DNA of 64,000 nt. Source: an uncultured Armatimonadetes bacterium. GTDB lineage: Bacteria; Armatimonadota; UBA5829; DTJY01. Location of the stretch: assembly GCA_963717145.1 (NCBI GenBank), contig OY970325.1, forward strand, positions 2,656,001 through 2,720,000. Direction: 5' to 3'. The position numbers were made by a program, and so were the translations under genes. The notes beneath the pieces are model-generated. The model ran no database searches. It saw only the letters and a list, made by a program, of their open reading frames with translations, and was not told the origin of the DNA. Positions 10,231 to 20,554 of this stretch are shown one piece after another. Numbering within the stretch: the stretch's first letter is position 1; every line of letters starts with the position of its first letter.

Positions 10231-11345
10231 ATGGACACGCATGCACAACAAGTCGATGATCTGTGGGCGGACTTCGCTCGTAAGGAGAACACGCGAGTTC
10301 CGATCACCTTCGCGTGCGATGAGCAGTTGTGGCTCAAGGTAAGCGGTCACAGATTCCGCGAGTTCTACACCGACCCGAAGGTGCATCTGGCCGCCCAGTT
10401 GGATGGTCTGCGCTGGTTCGGCGAGAACGTCATCGGCGACATGCCGCCCGGACCGCCGGACCGATGGGTCGTCGGCGTGAGGCATTGGATGGAGGAGAAC
10501 GAATTCTTCGGCTGCGAGGTCGTCTATCAGGAGGACGATTACGCATGGGCCATGCCGTTCGATATGGAGCGGGACGACCTGCTGCGGCATCTCTCAGCCA
10601 TCGACCCGGACGAGGCCGTGCGCCGGAACAGCGCATTCCACATGTACCAGGCGCTCAAGGAACTCGCAGACGGCATGGAGTTTGCGGGCAGGCCGGTCGT
10701 TGTGGCGCGCCCCGGAGGAGGCACTCACGGCGTTTTCACCAAGGCGGCGGAGATCCGAGGGCTCGAGCAGATGTGCATCGACATGATCGACGCGCCGGAA
10801 TTCGTCGATGAGCTTCTCAGCATCGTGACCGAGAAGACGATCGACCGCATCAGGGCATGGCACAAAGTCATCGAGGGCACTGAGCCCGATCGAGCATCGC
10901 CTGTCGGATTCGGATTCGCGGACGACAGCCTGCAGATGATCTCGGGGGAATCGTACGAGCGCTTTGTCCTGCCGTATCACGAGCGACTTTATTCGGCGAT
11001 GACGACCGGGCCTCGGAGCCTGCACCTTTGCGGGCGATCGAATCAGCACTATGAGGCACTCCGCAGGAAGGCCAACGTCACCCTGATCGATGGGCCGGGA
11101 CCGTTCATCGATCATGGACGCTATCTTCGGGAGTTGGGCCCTGATTTCGCGTTCAATGCACAAACGGACCACTCGGTCCTGCGTATCGGGTCCGAGGTGG
11201 AGATCGACCGGATGATGCGCGAACTGATGACTCCCGAGGCGAAGATCCCGGCCGGTTCCAGGTCCTCGGGTATGTCACTCGCGACACACCGATCGAAAAC
11301 GTGAACGCCTGCTACAAGGCCGCGCGACGATATGGTGTCATATGA
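10231..11345 (+). CDS. Uroporphyrinogen decarboxylase / methylcobamide methyltransferase family protein; frameshift near 11250
   Basis: IRGLEQMCIDM.DAPE, ADD..QMIS...YERFVLPY, LHLCG. The other frame continues ...GYVTRDTPIENVNACYKAARRYG to a TGA overlapping the next ATG. Confidence 0.8.
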
Positions 11346-12037
11346 GAAAAGCTGTCCTGTTCGACCTGGGGAATACCCTGGCGCGGTACTACACACGGGC
11401 CCAGTGGCCGGGGGTGCTGGAGCAGTCGATCGCCAACGTGACCGACTTCCTGCGCACGGAGGGCGTTACCATTCCCAGCCATGAGGATATCTGGGCAAGT
11501 GTCGCCGAGGAGAACCACGAGGCCCCGGACTGCCGGGTCCGACCGCTCGATGGGCGTCTCTGCCGGATATTCGGGCTCGACCAGCCCCACGAACTGGCGG
11601 ATGACATGTGCCGGGCGTACCTACGGTCGACTTTCGAGATGGCACATGTTTATGAGGATACCATTCCGGTCCTGACGACGCTCCGGGAGCAAGGGATCAA
11701 GACAGCGATCGTGTCGAACTCCCCCTTTGGGAGTCCCCCCGAGCCCTGGCATCGGGAGATCGAGAGGCTCGGGCTCAGTCAGTTGGTTGGCCTGGCGGTC
11801 TTCTGCGGGGAGGTCGGCTGGCGGAAACCTGCGAGGCCGATCTTTGACCACGTGATGGATCGGCTGGGGGTCACGTCGGAGGAATGCCTCTTCGTCGGCG
11901 ACGACCCCAAGTGGGATATCGCCGGCCCGCGTGCGGTAGGCATCGAGGCGGTCTTGATCGACCGAGACGGGCTTCCGACGGAGGATTCGATCAGGAGTCT
12001 GTGGGAGTTGCTGGATCGGTCCAACTTGTCTGACTAG
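11342..12037 (+). CDS. HAD-IA hydrolase
   Basis: AVLFDLGNTL, IVSN, GWRKP...IF, FVGDDPKWDIAG. Confidence 0.9.
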   Translation: MRKAVLFDLGNTLARYYTRAQWPGVLEQSIANVTDFLRTEGVTIPSHEDIWASVAEENHEAPDCRVRPLDGRLCRIFGLDQPHELADDMCRAYLRSTFEMAHVYEDTIPVLTTLREQGIKTAIVSNSPFGSPPEPWHREIERLGLSQLVGLAVFCGEVGWRKPARPIFDHVMDRLGVTSEECLFVGDDPKWDIAGPRAVGIEAVLIDRDGLPTEDSIRSLWELLDRSNLSD

Positions 12038-12082
12038 TGTGACCGATCCGAGTACGATTACGAGTACGAGAAGGAGAAAAGG

Positions 12083-12715
12083 ATGAAACCGCTTATCGAG
12101 AAAGAAGCCGTGGTGCTTTTTCAGGGCGACAGCATCACGGATGCCGGACGCAATCGGGAGGAGGGCAATGACCTCGGACGGGGATACGCTCTGTTCACCG
12201 CCGGGTTGTTCCGTGCGACGCACCCGGAGCTGGATGTCACCTTCCTCAACCGCGGGATCGGCGGCAACACGATCCGCGACCTCGATGCCCGATGGGACGC
12301 CGACTGCCTCGAACTGAAGCCGAAGTGGCTCTCGGTCCTCGTCGGGATCAACGACGCCGCCGGACGGTATCACCACGACCGGACCATCAGCATCGATGAA
12401 TTCGAGACGACCTACGGGAATATGCTTCGGAAGGCGGTGGACTGCTCCGTCAGCCGGATTGTGCTGATCGAGCCGTTCGTGCTGCCGACCGATCCGACGC
12501 GCGTTCAGTGGCGGGAGGACCTCGACCCGAAGATCGAAGCGGTCCGACGGCTCGCCCGGGAGTTCCAGGCGCTCCTGATCCCGACGGACGGACTGTTCGC
12601 TCAGGCCGCTGCACAAACCGATCTGGAGTACTGGATGCCGGATGGAGTGCATCCGACTCCGGCGGGGCACGCGCTCATGGCACAGGCATGGCTGAGGGCG
12701 GTACGAGCATTGTGA
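12083..12715 (+). CDS. SGNH/GDSL hydrolase (esterase)
   Basis: FQGDSITD, NRGIGG, GIND, DGVHPTPAGH. Confidence 0.93.
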   Translation: MKPLIEKEAVVLFQGDSITDAGRNREEGNDLGRGYALFTAGLFRATHPELDVTFLNRGIGGNTIRDLDARWDADCLELKPKWLSVLVGINDAAGRYHHDRTISIDEFETTYGNMLRKAVDCSVSRIVLIEPFVLPTDPTRVQWREDLDPKIEAVRRLAREFQALLIPTDGLFAQAAAQTDLEYWMPDGVHPTPAGHALMAQAWLRAVRAL

Positions 12716-12802
12716 GCGGACTGGGTCATCCCTTGGCGCTCTTGGCGTCTTGGCGGTTCGGTGGTTGTTGAGTATGAGTATGAGTATGAGTAGGAAGCAA
12801 GA

Positions 12803-13465
12803 GTGGTAAGAGGAATCATCTTCGATCTTGATGGCACGCTGGGGGATACGCTGCCGGTCTGTTTCGCAGCATTTCGACGCGTGTTCGAGCGGCGTCTCGG
12901 GCAGACGTTCACCGACGAAGAGATCACCCTCATGTTCGGCCCGAACGAGGAGGGGATCATCCGAGCGCGTCTCCCCAGGGATTACGCCGAAGCCATCGAG
13001 GAGTTCATTGTGGAGTATGAGCGGGCACACGACCTCTGCACCGAGCCGTTCGCCGGCATCGAGGAGGCGCTCGCACTCCTGAGCGATCGAGGGGTGCGGC
13101 TCGGGCTGGTCACCGGCAAGGGCCCGAGGAGCGCGGAGATATCCCTCAAATATCTCCGCATCGCTCACTACTTCGATGCCATCCGCGCGGGCTCCTCCGA
13201 CGGTGACCGCAAACCGGCCGGGATCCGTGAGATGATCGCCAGGTGGGGATTGCCCCCGGAAGAGGTGGCATACGTTGGAGACATGGTATCCGACATGCAG
13301 TCGGCTCGCGAGGCGGGAGTGATGGCGCTCGCGGCGGCATGGGCTGATACTGCGGACACCGAGGCACTCGCCGCCACTCACCCGGATCAGCTCTTCACGA
13401 GCGTCGGCGACTTCGTGGAATGGGTCCTTCGGAGTGGTAAGAGTTCACGATCATTGATAATCTGA
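12803..13465 (+). CDS. HAD phosphatase (PpaX/PGP-like); last codons replaced by IS66 sequence
   Basis: IFDLDGTLGD, VTGK, RKP, YVGD..SD. Removing the IS66 restores the end VLRSAVA-stop. Confidence 0.9.
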   Translation: MVRGIIFDLDGTLGDTLPVCFAAFRRVFERRLGQTFTDEEITLMFGPNEEGIIRARLPRDYAEAIEEFIVEYERAHDLCTEPFAGIEEALALLSDRGVRLGLVTGKGPRSAEISLKYLRIAHYFDAIRAGSSDGDRKPAGIREMIARWGLPPEEVAYVGDMVSDMQSAREAGVMALAAAWADTADTEALAATHPDQLFTSVGDFVEWVLRSGKSSRSLII

Positions 13466-14936
13466 GGAAGGTACCCCAGGATCGGCTGTCGAATGGTAGG
13501 TTGTGAACGATCTCGGCAACCTATCAAGAGAAGAACTGATCGGCATCGTCTTGGAGCAGCACCAGGCGATCCGAGAGCAGCATCAGGCCGTCCTGGAGTT
13601 GCGTGAAGGTGTAGACACCCTGACCGAACGCGTCCGAGCGCTTGAGAAGGAGAATGAAGAACTCCGGTCCAAGCTCGGTGGCGGCGGCAGGACGATACCT
13701 GCCTTTGTGAAGGCAAACCGGCCCGAGCGCAAGAAGAAGGATCGCAAGAAGCGGCAGAAGTCGTTTGCCCGCTTGAGGGAGACCCCCACGGAGATCGTGG
13801 AGCACGCGCTCGACACCTGTCCCGACTGCGGCAGGAAGCTCTCCGGCGGCACGATGCATCACAGCCGGCAGGTGATCGAGATACCGGTGATGCCGGTCAG
13901 GATCATCGAGCACCTGGTGATCGGACGGTACTGCGGAGTCTGCCACAAGATACACGTGCCGAAGCTCGACCTCTCCGAAGAGGTGGTCGGGACACACCGG
14001 GTGGGCATCCGGCTGATGAGCCTGGTGAGCTATCTCCACACGGTCGGTAGAATGCCGGTCGAGCGTGTGCAGAAGCTTCTGGAATCACTCTACGGTCTGC
14101 ATCTCGGGCGCGGAGAGATCACAAAGATACTACATACGGTAGCATCCATGGGGAAGTCGGAGGTAGAGAAGCTTCTTCATGCGGTGCGGGGAAGCCCTGC
14201 GGTGAACGCGGATGAGACCGGCTGGCGGGAAGACGGGAGGAACGGATACATCTGGAGCTTCTCGACGCCACGCGTGCGCTACTTCATCCGAGACAAGAGT
14301 CGGAGCGGAGAGGTCGCAAAGGATGTGCTGGGAGAGGACTACGGCGGTGTAGTCGTAAGCGACTTCTACTGCGGTTACAACGTGCTCTTGGGGCGGCATC
14401 AGCGGTGCTGGGTGCACTACCTGCGGGACTTGCGAACGCTCGTCGAGGCGAACCCTGACAAGAGAGGGGTAGCAGTCTGGGTCGGCAAGGTCAAGGCCGT
14501 TTACAGACGCGCGAAGAGATATTCGAACGAGGAGTCGAAGGCTCGGCACGAGCAGCGGATCGCATTCGAGGAAGAGTTGTATCGGCTCGCCAGGCCATAC
14601 CTGAAGCGGGATGTTCCCCAGCGGATACTGGCTCAGCGGATCGAGAGGTTCCTGCCGGAGCTGTTTGTCTTCGTAGAATGTCCGGAAGTACCAAGCGAGA
14701 ACAACGCGGCCGAGCGAGCGATCCGGCCTGCGGTAACGGCTCGCAAGATCAGCGGCGGCACACGGTCGGCCAAGGGATCTGAGACCCGCATGGCGCTGAT
14801 GAGTCTATTCGGGACCTGGCACTTGCGTGGTGAAGATGCGATGGAGTCATGCCGGCGGATGCTCATGGGCGTTCCTCAGACACCCGCGACCGATCCAGCC
14901 TGACAAACTTCACTATCAACGATCGTGAACTCTTTC
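13437..14936 (+). mobile_element. IS66-family element, single-ORF (ISBst12-group-like), 1500 bp
   Basis: TIRs GTAAGAGTTCACGATCATTGATA / TATCAACGATCGTGAACTCTTTC; 8-bp TSD TCGGAGTG (13429-13436, 14937-14944). Confidence 0.93.
13503..14903 (+). CDS. IS66 transposase (TnpC-like)
   Basis: Coiled coil, CPDCG..CGVC zinc finger, ADETGW, SDFY, QRCWVH, NNAAERAIR. Confidence 0.93.
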   Translation: MNDLGNLSREELIGIVLEQHQAIREQHQAVLELREGVDTLTERVRALEKENEELRSKLGGGGRTIPAFVKANRPERKKKDRKKRQKSFARLRETPTEIVEHALDTCPDCGRKLSGGTMHHSRQVIEIPVMPVRIIEHLVIGRYCGVCHKIHVPKLDLSEEVVGTHRVGIRLMSLVSYLHTVGRMPVERVQKLLESLYGLHLGRGEITKILHTVASMGKSEVEKLLHAVRGSPAVNADETGWREDGRNGYIWSFSTPRVRYFIRDKSRSGEVAKDVLGEDYGGVVVSDFYCGYNVLLGRHQRCWVHYLRDLRTLVEANPDKRGVAVWVGKVKAVYRRAKRYSNEESKARHEQRIAFEEELYRLARPYLKRDVPQRILAQRIERFLPELFVFVECPEVPSENNAAERAIRPAVTARKISGGTRSAKGSETRMALMSLFGTWHLRGEDAMESCRRMLMGVPQTPATDPA

Positions 14937-15027
14937 TCGGAGTGCGGTGGCTTGACACCGCCTTTGCATCATGAACGCTCAAACGATCACGCTCCGGAAG
15001 AGCGTGTCAAGCCACCGCACTCCGAAG
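14937..15027. repeat. REP-like palindrome targeted by the IS66
   Basis: TCGGAGTGCGGTGGCTTGACAC ... GTGTCAAGCCACCGCACTCCGAAG. Confidence 0.75.
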
Positions 15028-16176
15028 TCAGTCCACTCTGAAGAATCGGCAGCAGCGAAGGCAGATCGGGAAGCCTTTCGACTTCAACAGGCGCTTCCGA
15101 TGCCCGCGGAAAGCCTCGTTGTTCCATATTCTCGTCAGCGGCTCCAGAGTCACGTTACCAGTGATCATCCCCGGGCAAGCTTCCACGTCACCGTTAGGGA
15201 GTATGCTGACCCCCATCCACGCGCACGCGGGAGTGCCGCGCTTGATCCAGCGATTCAGGTCGCCATACCATGTGCGAACGTCCGCGGAGTCGAGCAGCGG
15301 ATGCGTCCCGATGTACTGACTCCCGGAAACGCGTCCGAGCCGGCGGATCCGGTCCACCGCCTGACCAAGTTCTTCGGCATCGACTTCGGGCGGCTCCATT
15401 CCGCCCATCTCCTCATAGGACATCGGGTGAACGTCTCGAAATAGCCTATTGTGCGCCTCAACCATCTCTGAGTTGAGCACCCACTGGTACTGGAAGTTCA
15501 TCACGTCCACGCCGAGGTCGCGCGCGATCCCCGGCATCTCCTCTATCGAACTGTGGTTGTACGGAGTCACGGCGCAGTTGATGACCGTCGAAGGCAGGCG
15601 GGTATTCTTCAGCAGCTTGATCGACTGAATCGCCTTCACTCCGACACAAGCCCTGTCGAAGGTACCCTTCGTTCCGCGAATCTCGTCGTGGACCTCCGCC
15701 GGACCGTCGATCGACACCGCAATCATGTTCGGTGGGCATTCCATCAGGTCGGCGGCCTGCTTCGGGAGCATCGCACCGTTGGTCGTGACCGTGCACGTCA
15801 GGCCCTTGTGCCGTATGTACCGGACCAGTTCGCTGAGATGCGGATAGAGGAGCGGCTCGCCGCCGGTCAGGGTAATGTATGGGCGGAAATGGGCCACATC
15901 GTCAACGACGGCCTTCCACTTATCGAGCGATAGACTATCCGATATGTGGTTCATCACCTGTCCGCTCTCATTGAAGGCGCACATCTTGCATCGTAGATTA
16001 CAGGCTAGGGTCAGCTTCAGGGTGACGTGGCGCGGGTATCGGCTGATCCCGTCGGTCCGCCTGTGCTCGAACCACAGCATCGTCTCGCGCCAACGATTGC
16101 GGAAGTACAGGCTGACCAGGTCGGGATGATATCTGAAGACGCCGGCGAAGTATCGCACGGTGGACATTATGTTCAT
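15028..16176 (-). CDS. Radical SAM protein with C-terminal SPASM/twitch domain
   Basis: CNLRCKMC, TGGEPLL, TTNG, VSIDG, C-terminal C...GDVEACP...CLRCC. Start uncertain (16176 or 16167). Confidence 0.9.
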   Translation of the reverse strand: MNIMSTVRYFAGVFRYHPDLVSLYFRNRWRETMLWFEHRRTDGISRYPRHVTLKLTLACNLRCKMCAFNESGQVMNHISDSLSLDKWKAVVDDVAHFRPYITLTGGEPLLYPHLSELVRYIRHKGLTCTVTTNGAMLPKQAADLMECPPNMIAVSIDGPAEVHDEIRGTKGTFDRACVGVKAIQSIKLLKNTRLPSTVINCAVTPYNHSSIEEMPGIARDLGVDVMNFQYQWVLNSEMVEAHNRLFRDVHPMSYEEMGGMEPPEVDAEELGQAVDRIRRLGRVSGSQYIGTHPLLDSADVRTWYGDLNRWIKRGTPACAWMGVSILPNGDVEACPGMITGNVTLEPLTRIWNNEAFRGHRKRLLKSKGFPICLRCCRFFRVD

Positions 16177-16300
16177 CGGTGAGCTACACTCTTTTCAGGC
16201 CGGCGCCGGAACGGGACGGCGGCCGTTCCCTACATGTCAGTATTCGACCCGCACCGGGCTTGCTTCCTGCATCGGAGACCAAGTCGATTGCAGGATTCAT

Positions 16301-16366
16301 GTAGTGGCCGTGCCTCCGTGCCGGCCTTGCGATGCCGGATGGCCGGCACGGAGGCACGGCCACTAC
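16301..16366. repeat. GTAG-type REP doublet (family A)
   Basis: GTAGTGGCCGTGCCTCCGTGCCGGCC with its inverted copy; recurs at 20489, 25378 and 28780. Confidence 0.85.
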
Positions 16367-16420
16367 ATGCCGTGTGCGATTACGAGTACGAGTAGGATTC
16401 GCGAGCGGAAGGAGACACAC

Positions 16421-17053
16421 ATGCTTATCCAAGACAACGCGGTCGTCTTGTTCCAGGGCGACAGCATCACCGACGCCGGTCGGGGAAGAGGGGACGACTC
16501 GAACCTCGGTTCGGGATACGCGAACATGGTCGCCGCGTGGTTCTCAGCCATGCACCCCGAGAGGAACGTCCGCTTCATCAACCGCGGGATCAGCGGGAAC
16601 CGGGTGAAAGACCTGGAGGCCCGCTGGAAGGAAGACTGCCTCGACCTGCAGCCGACCTGGCTCTCGATCATGATCGGGATCAACGATGTCTGGCGCAGGT
16701 ACGACAGCGGCGATCCGACTTCCGCCGAGGAGTTCGAGGCGAGCTATCGGCGCATCCTTACGCGGGTGAAGGAAGACACCTGCGACCCACGGCTCATCAT
16801 CCTCGAGCCGTTCGTCCTGCCGACTCCACCTGACCGGATCACCTGGCGCGAGGACCTCGATCCGAAGATCCAGATCGCACGAACGATGGCCCGGGAGTTC
16901 GGGGCGATCTACGTGCCGCTCGACGGCATATTCGCGGCGGCGTCGGTCCATCGTGAACCCGCATTCTGGGCGGGCGACGGCGTCCACCCCACCCCGTCCG
17001 GCCACGCGCTCATCGCGCAGAAGTGGCTGGAAGCGGTCAACAGTGAACGGTAG
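16421..17053 (+). CDS. SGNH/GDSL hydrolase, paralog of 12083-12715
   Basis: AAGGAG RBS before MLIQDNAVVLFQGDSITD; GIND; DGVHPTPSGH. Confidence 0.93.
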   Translation: MLIQDNAVVLFQGDSITDAGRGRGDDSNLGSGYANMVAAWFSAMHPERNVRFINRGISGNRVKDLEARWKEDCLDLQPTWLSIMIGINDVWRRYDSGDPTSAEEFEASYRRILTRVKEDTCDPRLIILEPFVLPTPPDRITWREDLDPKIQIARTMAREFGAIYVPLDGIFAAASVHREPAFWAGDGVHPTPSGHALIAQKWLEAVNSER

Positions 17054-17073
17054 ACGGTGAACAGTGAACGGTC

Positions 17074-17103
17074 AGAGGGGACGGCGTTTCCGCCGTCCCC
17101 TCT
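17074..17103. terminator. Hairpin between convergent genes
   Basis: AGAGGGGACGGCG-tttc-CGCCGTCCCCTCT. Confidence 0.7.
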
Positions 17104-17137
17104 CTTTGTACTTTGTACTCCGGTACTCTGTACTTCC

Positions 17138-18385
17138 CTACACCCAGCCGCGGAGTTTCATCGCCTCGGCGACACGCTGGATCGAGACCATGTAGGCCGC
17201 GACGCGCATGTTCACCTTGTGCTCGATGCTCATCGCCAGCACATCGCTGAACGCCTTCGTCATCTTCTTGTCGAGCTTCACGTGGACCTCATCCTCCTCC
17301 CAGTAGTAGGCGCTGAAGTTCTGCACCCACTCGAAGTAGGAGACGGTCACGCCGCCGGCGTTCGCCAGGAAGTCAGGAACGAAGAACACGCCGTTCTTGT
17401 GGAGGATCTCGTCCGCCTCGGGGGTCTGCGGGCCGTTTGCCAGCTCGATGGAGACCTTCGCCTTGATTTTCGCCGCGTTCTTGTCGGTGATCACGTTCTC
17501 CAGCGCCGACGGGAACAGCACGTCGACCGCCAGTTCCAGGATCTCCGTGTTGGAGATCGGCTTGCTGCCGGGGAATCCGACAACCGAGCCGGTCTTGTTT
17601 TTGTGCTCCAGAACCGCATCGGCATCGAGGCCGGCCTCGTTGATGATGCCACCCTTGGAATCGGTGACCGCGATGACCTTGGTGCCGAACAACTCGGTCA
17701 CGAGCTTGGCCGCGTAGTAGCCGGCGTTGCCGAAGCCCTGCACCGCCGCAGTCGCCTTGCCCAAGTCGATGCCGAGGTGCTTCGCAGCCTCACGCAGGCA
17801 GTACATTCCGCCGCGAGCGGTCGCATCGCCGCGACCCGCCGAGCCGCCGAGCGCAATCGGCTTGCCGGTGATGACGCCCGGGGAGTAGTAGCCCCGCTGC
17901 TTGCTGAACTCGTCCATCATCCAGGCCATCATCTGGGGATTGGTGTAGACGTCCGGCGCGGGGATGTCGGTCTCAGGGCCGATGAGCCGGCCGACCTGGC
18001 CGACGTACGCGCGGCTGAGCCTCTCCAGCTCGTTATCGGACATCTCCTTGGGGTTGCAGATGACACCGCCCTTGCCGCCGCCGAGCGGGATGTCGACCAC
18101 GGCGCACTTCCAGGTCATCCATGCCGCGAGCGCGCGGACGGTGTCGATCGTCTCCTCGGGATGGAATCGGATGCCGCCCTTGTTGGGGCCGCGGGCGTCG
18201 TTGTACTGAACACGGAAGCCCTTGAAGACCTTCACGCTGCCGTTGTCCATCCTGACGGGAAGCGAAACGTGCAGTTCGCGCATCGGTTCGCGCAGGACTG
18301 CGTGAACTCCGGGATCCAACTTAAGCTTCTCGGCCGCAGTATCGAGCTGGGCCTGTGCGATTTCGAACGGATTTGTCGTTGCCAT
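17138..18385 (-). CDS. gdhA: Glutamate dehydrogenase (Glu/Leu/Phe/Val dehydrogenase family)
   Basis: [76 protein letters not shown]. Confidence 0.93.
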   Translation of the reverse strand: MATTNPFEIAQAQLDTAAEKLKLDPGVHAVLREPMRELHVSLPVRMDNGSVKVFKGFRVQYNDARGPNKGGIRFHPEETIDTVRALAAWMTWKCAVVDIPLGGGKGGVICNPKEMSDNELERLSRAYVGQVGRLIGPETDIPAPDVYTNPQMMAWMMDEFSKQRGYYSPGVITGKPIALGGSAGRGDATARGGMYCLREAAKHLGIDLGKATAAVQGFGNAGYYAAKLVTELFGTKVIAVTDSKGGIINEAGLDADAVLEHKNKTGSVVGFPGSKPISNTEILELAVDVLFPSALENVITDKNAAKIKAKVSIELANGPQTPEADEILHKNGVFFVPDFLANAGGVTVSYFEWVQNFSAYYWEEDEVHVKLDKKMTKAFSDVLAMSIEHKVNMRVAAYMVSIQRVAEAMKLRGWV

Positions 18386-18719
18386 TAGTTCCTCCAGGAA
18401 ACAGGGAGGCACTTGAGCAAGGTGTGGCCACTCGTGCTCGTATGCCTTCACCTGCCGTTTAGTCTGTGAGATTACCCATCGAGTGCCTTGAGGACTTGGG
18501 TTCCATAGGCGTGATGGGGTGGTGCAAGACACAACCATTGTGCCGCAAGTTCGCAGTCTGAACCAGCGATATGACAGACCGACGAACTGCTCTCTGCCTC
18601 TTCGTCGAATGCAGGTTGAGTCGCTATTGACCGATGGGCGCTCCGTCGCTGCCCAGGTGCTCATGCACCATTCACGCGCGTCTTCGCACAGGGGCTCGCT
18701 GTCATTGCGAGCGGCTGTC

Positions 18720-18749
18720 AGTATAGCAACTTGAACCGACTTCGGTCAA
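18720..18749 (-). promoter_or_regulatory. Putative sigma70 promoter for gdhA
   Basis: Minus strand TTGACC-N18-TATACT with TGn extension. Confidence 0.6.
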
Positions 18750-18754
18750 GAGCG

Positions 18755-20116
18755 CGAATTGCTTCACGAACGATGTTACCGAAACGGAAACGTTGCCTCA
18801 GATAAGAATGTTACCGAAACTGAGGCATGGAGAAGATGACAACTGCATCCGTAAGAGAAGTCGTGAGGCGCAAACGCAAAGAATATGGCAAAGCCACCAA
18901 ATCGGAGAAGAAGCTGGTATTGAGTGAAGTCCAGGGATTGACCGGTTACCACAGGAAGTCGCTGGTGAGGCTGTTCGCGAAAGGAGTTCCACCAGCGAGG
19001 AGTCCAGTGAGACGCGCAAGGAAGTCGAAATACGAGCCGATAGCCCACAAGCTGAAGACACTCTGGGCTGCGAGTTTCTACGCGTGCGGTAAGCGTCTGC
19101 AGCCGTTTCTGACTGAGTTTCTACCCATACTGGAGTCATTCGGGGAGATAACGGTTACACCAGAAGAAGAGAGGCTGCTTAACTCGATCAGCGCGTCGAG
19201 CATCGACAGGTTGATGAAGAAGGAGCGGTCTGCCCTATCGCTAACAGGGAGGACCTTAACAAAGCCGGGGACACTGCTTCGGTCTCAGATCCCGGTGAGG
19301 ACGTTTGCCGACTGGGATGAAGCTGAGCCTGGGTTCTTCGAGATGGACTTGGTGGGTCATTGCGGAGGTGACGGGAGCGGAGAGTTCCTGTATACTTTGA
19401 CTATGACTGATGTAGCGACCGGATGGGTAGCGCTTGATGGAATGAAAGGCCGAGGGGAGCACGGAACCGTGCTTGCGGTGCAGTCCGCGTCCAAGAGCGC
19501 ACCGTTTGCAGTCAGAGGCATAGATACCGACAACGGCGGCGAGTTCATCAACCATCACATGAACAAGTACTGTCGAGCGCACAGGATCACGTTTACGCGC
19601 AGTCGGCCTTACAAGAAGAACGATCAATGTCATGTAGAGCAGAAGAACTGGAGCGTAGTCCGGCAGTTTATAGGTTACCGGCGATTCGAGACGGACGAGC
19701 AGCTTGCGGTACTAAAGGCGATATATCCGCTGATCGTGGCGTATCACAACTTCTGTCAGCCCATGATGCGTCTTAAAGAAAAGGAGCGGATTGGGAGTAA
19801 AGTGATCAAACGCTATGAGCCTGCGATGACGCCGTACCGCAAGCTGATAAGTGTTGAAGGATGGCTTGACGATGAAGCAAAGGATCGCCTCGATAAAGAA
19901 CGTAGAGCGACGAACCCGGTGGAGCTACTAAGACGCATCCACAGGCTATCATCAAAGCTTGACAGGATGCCGAATAAAGACAGATCGAAAGCGAGCAAGG
20001 CGCGGCCCTGAGCGGCGATCAAGAGCCGATCTGACATACTTGAACACACTACTTGGTAACATTATCAATGACGCAACGAATGGCGTTTCGGTAACAAAGC
20101 TAAATGAGGCAACACG
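18755..20116 (+). mobile_element. Insertion sequence, copy 2
   Basis: Near-identical to 7582-8943 (one T/C difference noticed in the right end); 5-bp TSD GAGCG (18750-18754, 20117-20121). Confidence 0.92.
18827..20011 (+). CDS. DDE (rve) transposase
   Basis: Same 394-aa protein as 7654-8838. Confidence 0.93.
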   Translation: MEKMTTASVREVVRRKRKEYGKATKSEKKLVLSEVQGLTGYHRKSLVRLFAKGVPPARSPVRRARKSKYEPIAHKLKTLWAASFYACGKRLQPFLTEFLPILESFGEITVTPEEERLLNSISASSIDRLMKKERSALSLTGRTLTKPGTLLRSQIPVRTFADWDEAEPGFFEMDLVGHCGGDGSGEFLYTLTMTDVATGWVALDGMKGRGEHGTVLAVQSASKSAPFAVRGIDTDNGGEFINHHMNKYCRAHRITFTRSRPYKKNDQCHVEQKNWSVVRQFIGYRRFETDEQLAVLKAIYPLIVAYHNFCQPMMRLKEKERIGSKVIKRYEPAMTPYRKLISVEGWLDDEAKDRLDKERRATNPVELLRRIHRLSSKLDRMPNKDRSKASKARP

Positions 20117-20326
20117 GAGCGACTCGGCAGCGAGGTGCATTACCACAGAGTGGGTCAGCCTCTCGTTATGCCACCAGAGTGGCTACTCGAGGAGAACGGT
20201 TGGGTGGCTTGCCAAGCTTCCCAAGCCCCAAACCCGTCTAGTCTCGAGTAGGTTTCTCTGGAAACCATAACGAGAGACGGTCGCCACCCACTCAACTCGA
20301 ATGCACCCTCCGCAGCGAGGTAGCTC

Positions 20327-20356
20327 TTGACATCCATCCGCGTCACATGGTATAAG
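20327..20356 (+). promoter_or_regulatory. Putative sigma70 promoter for the first glnA
   Basis: TTGACA-N18-TATAAG with TGn extension. Confidence 0.65.
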
Positions 20357-20488
20357 TTCGGCGAGCCGTAGCCTTCTTCCATCGTGGGGAGAAGCTTCGC
20401 TCCGACGCAGGACACGGACATCACAGTGGATGTAGAATATGCCGCGAATGGCACTTCTACATCCATTTTGTGTTTTGGGTACGAATGA

Positions 20489-20554
20489 GTAGTGGCCGTG
20501 CCTCTGTGCCGGCCATCCCAATCGCGCAGGCCGGCACAGAGGCACGGCCACTAC
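20489..20554. repeat. GTAG-type REP doublet (family A)
   Basis: GTAGTGGCCGTGCCTCTGTGCCGGCC and its inverted copy. Confidence 0.85.

Noticed and set aside
11621-13381. 586-aa minus-strand ORF and other long antisense ORFs (17057-18388, 20457-21383, 22978-24291, 40421-41296, 62720-63970)
   Set aside because: They are shadows of well-supported genes on the opposite strand in GC-rich DNA and have no recognisable motifs.
15028-16176. Radical SAM gene as a RiPP maturase
   Set aside because: No precursor peptide, RRE/PqqD partner or exporter is evident nearby.
7582-20116. Composite transposon bounded by the two IS copies
   Set aside because: Each copy has its own distinct 5-bp TSD, and the enclosed genes are ordinary housekeeping genes.
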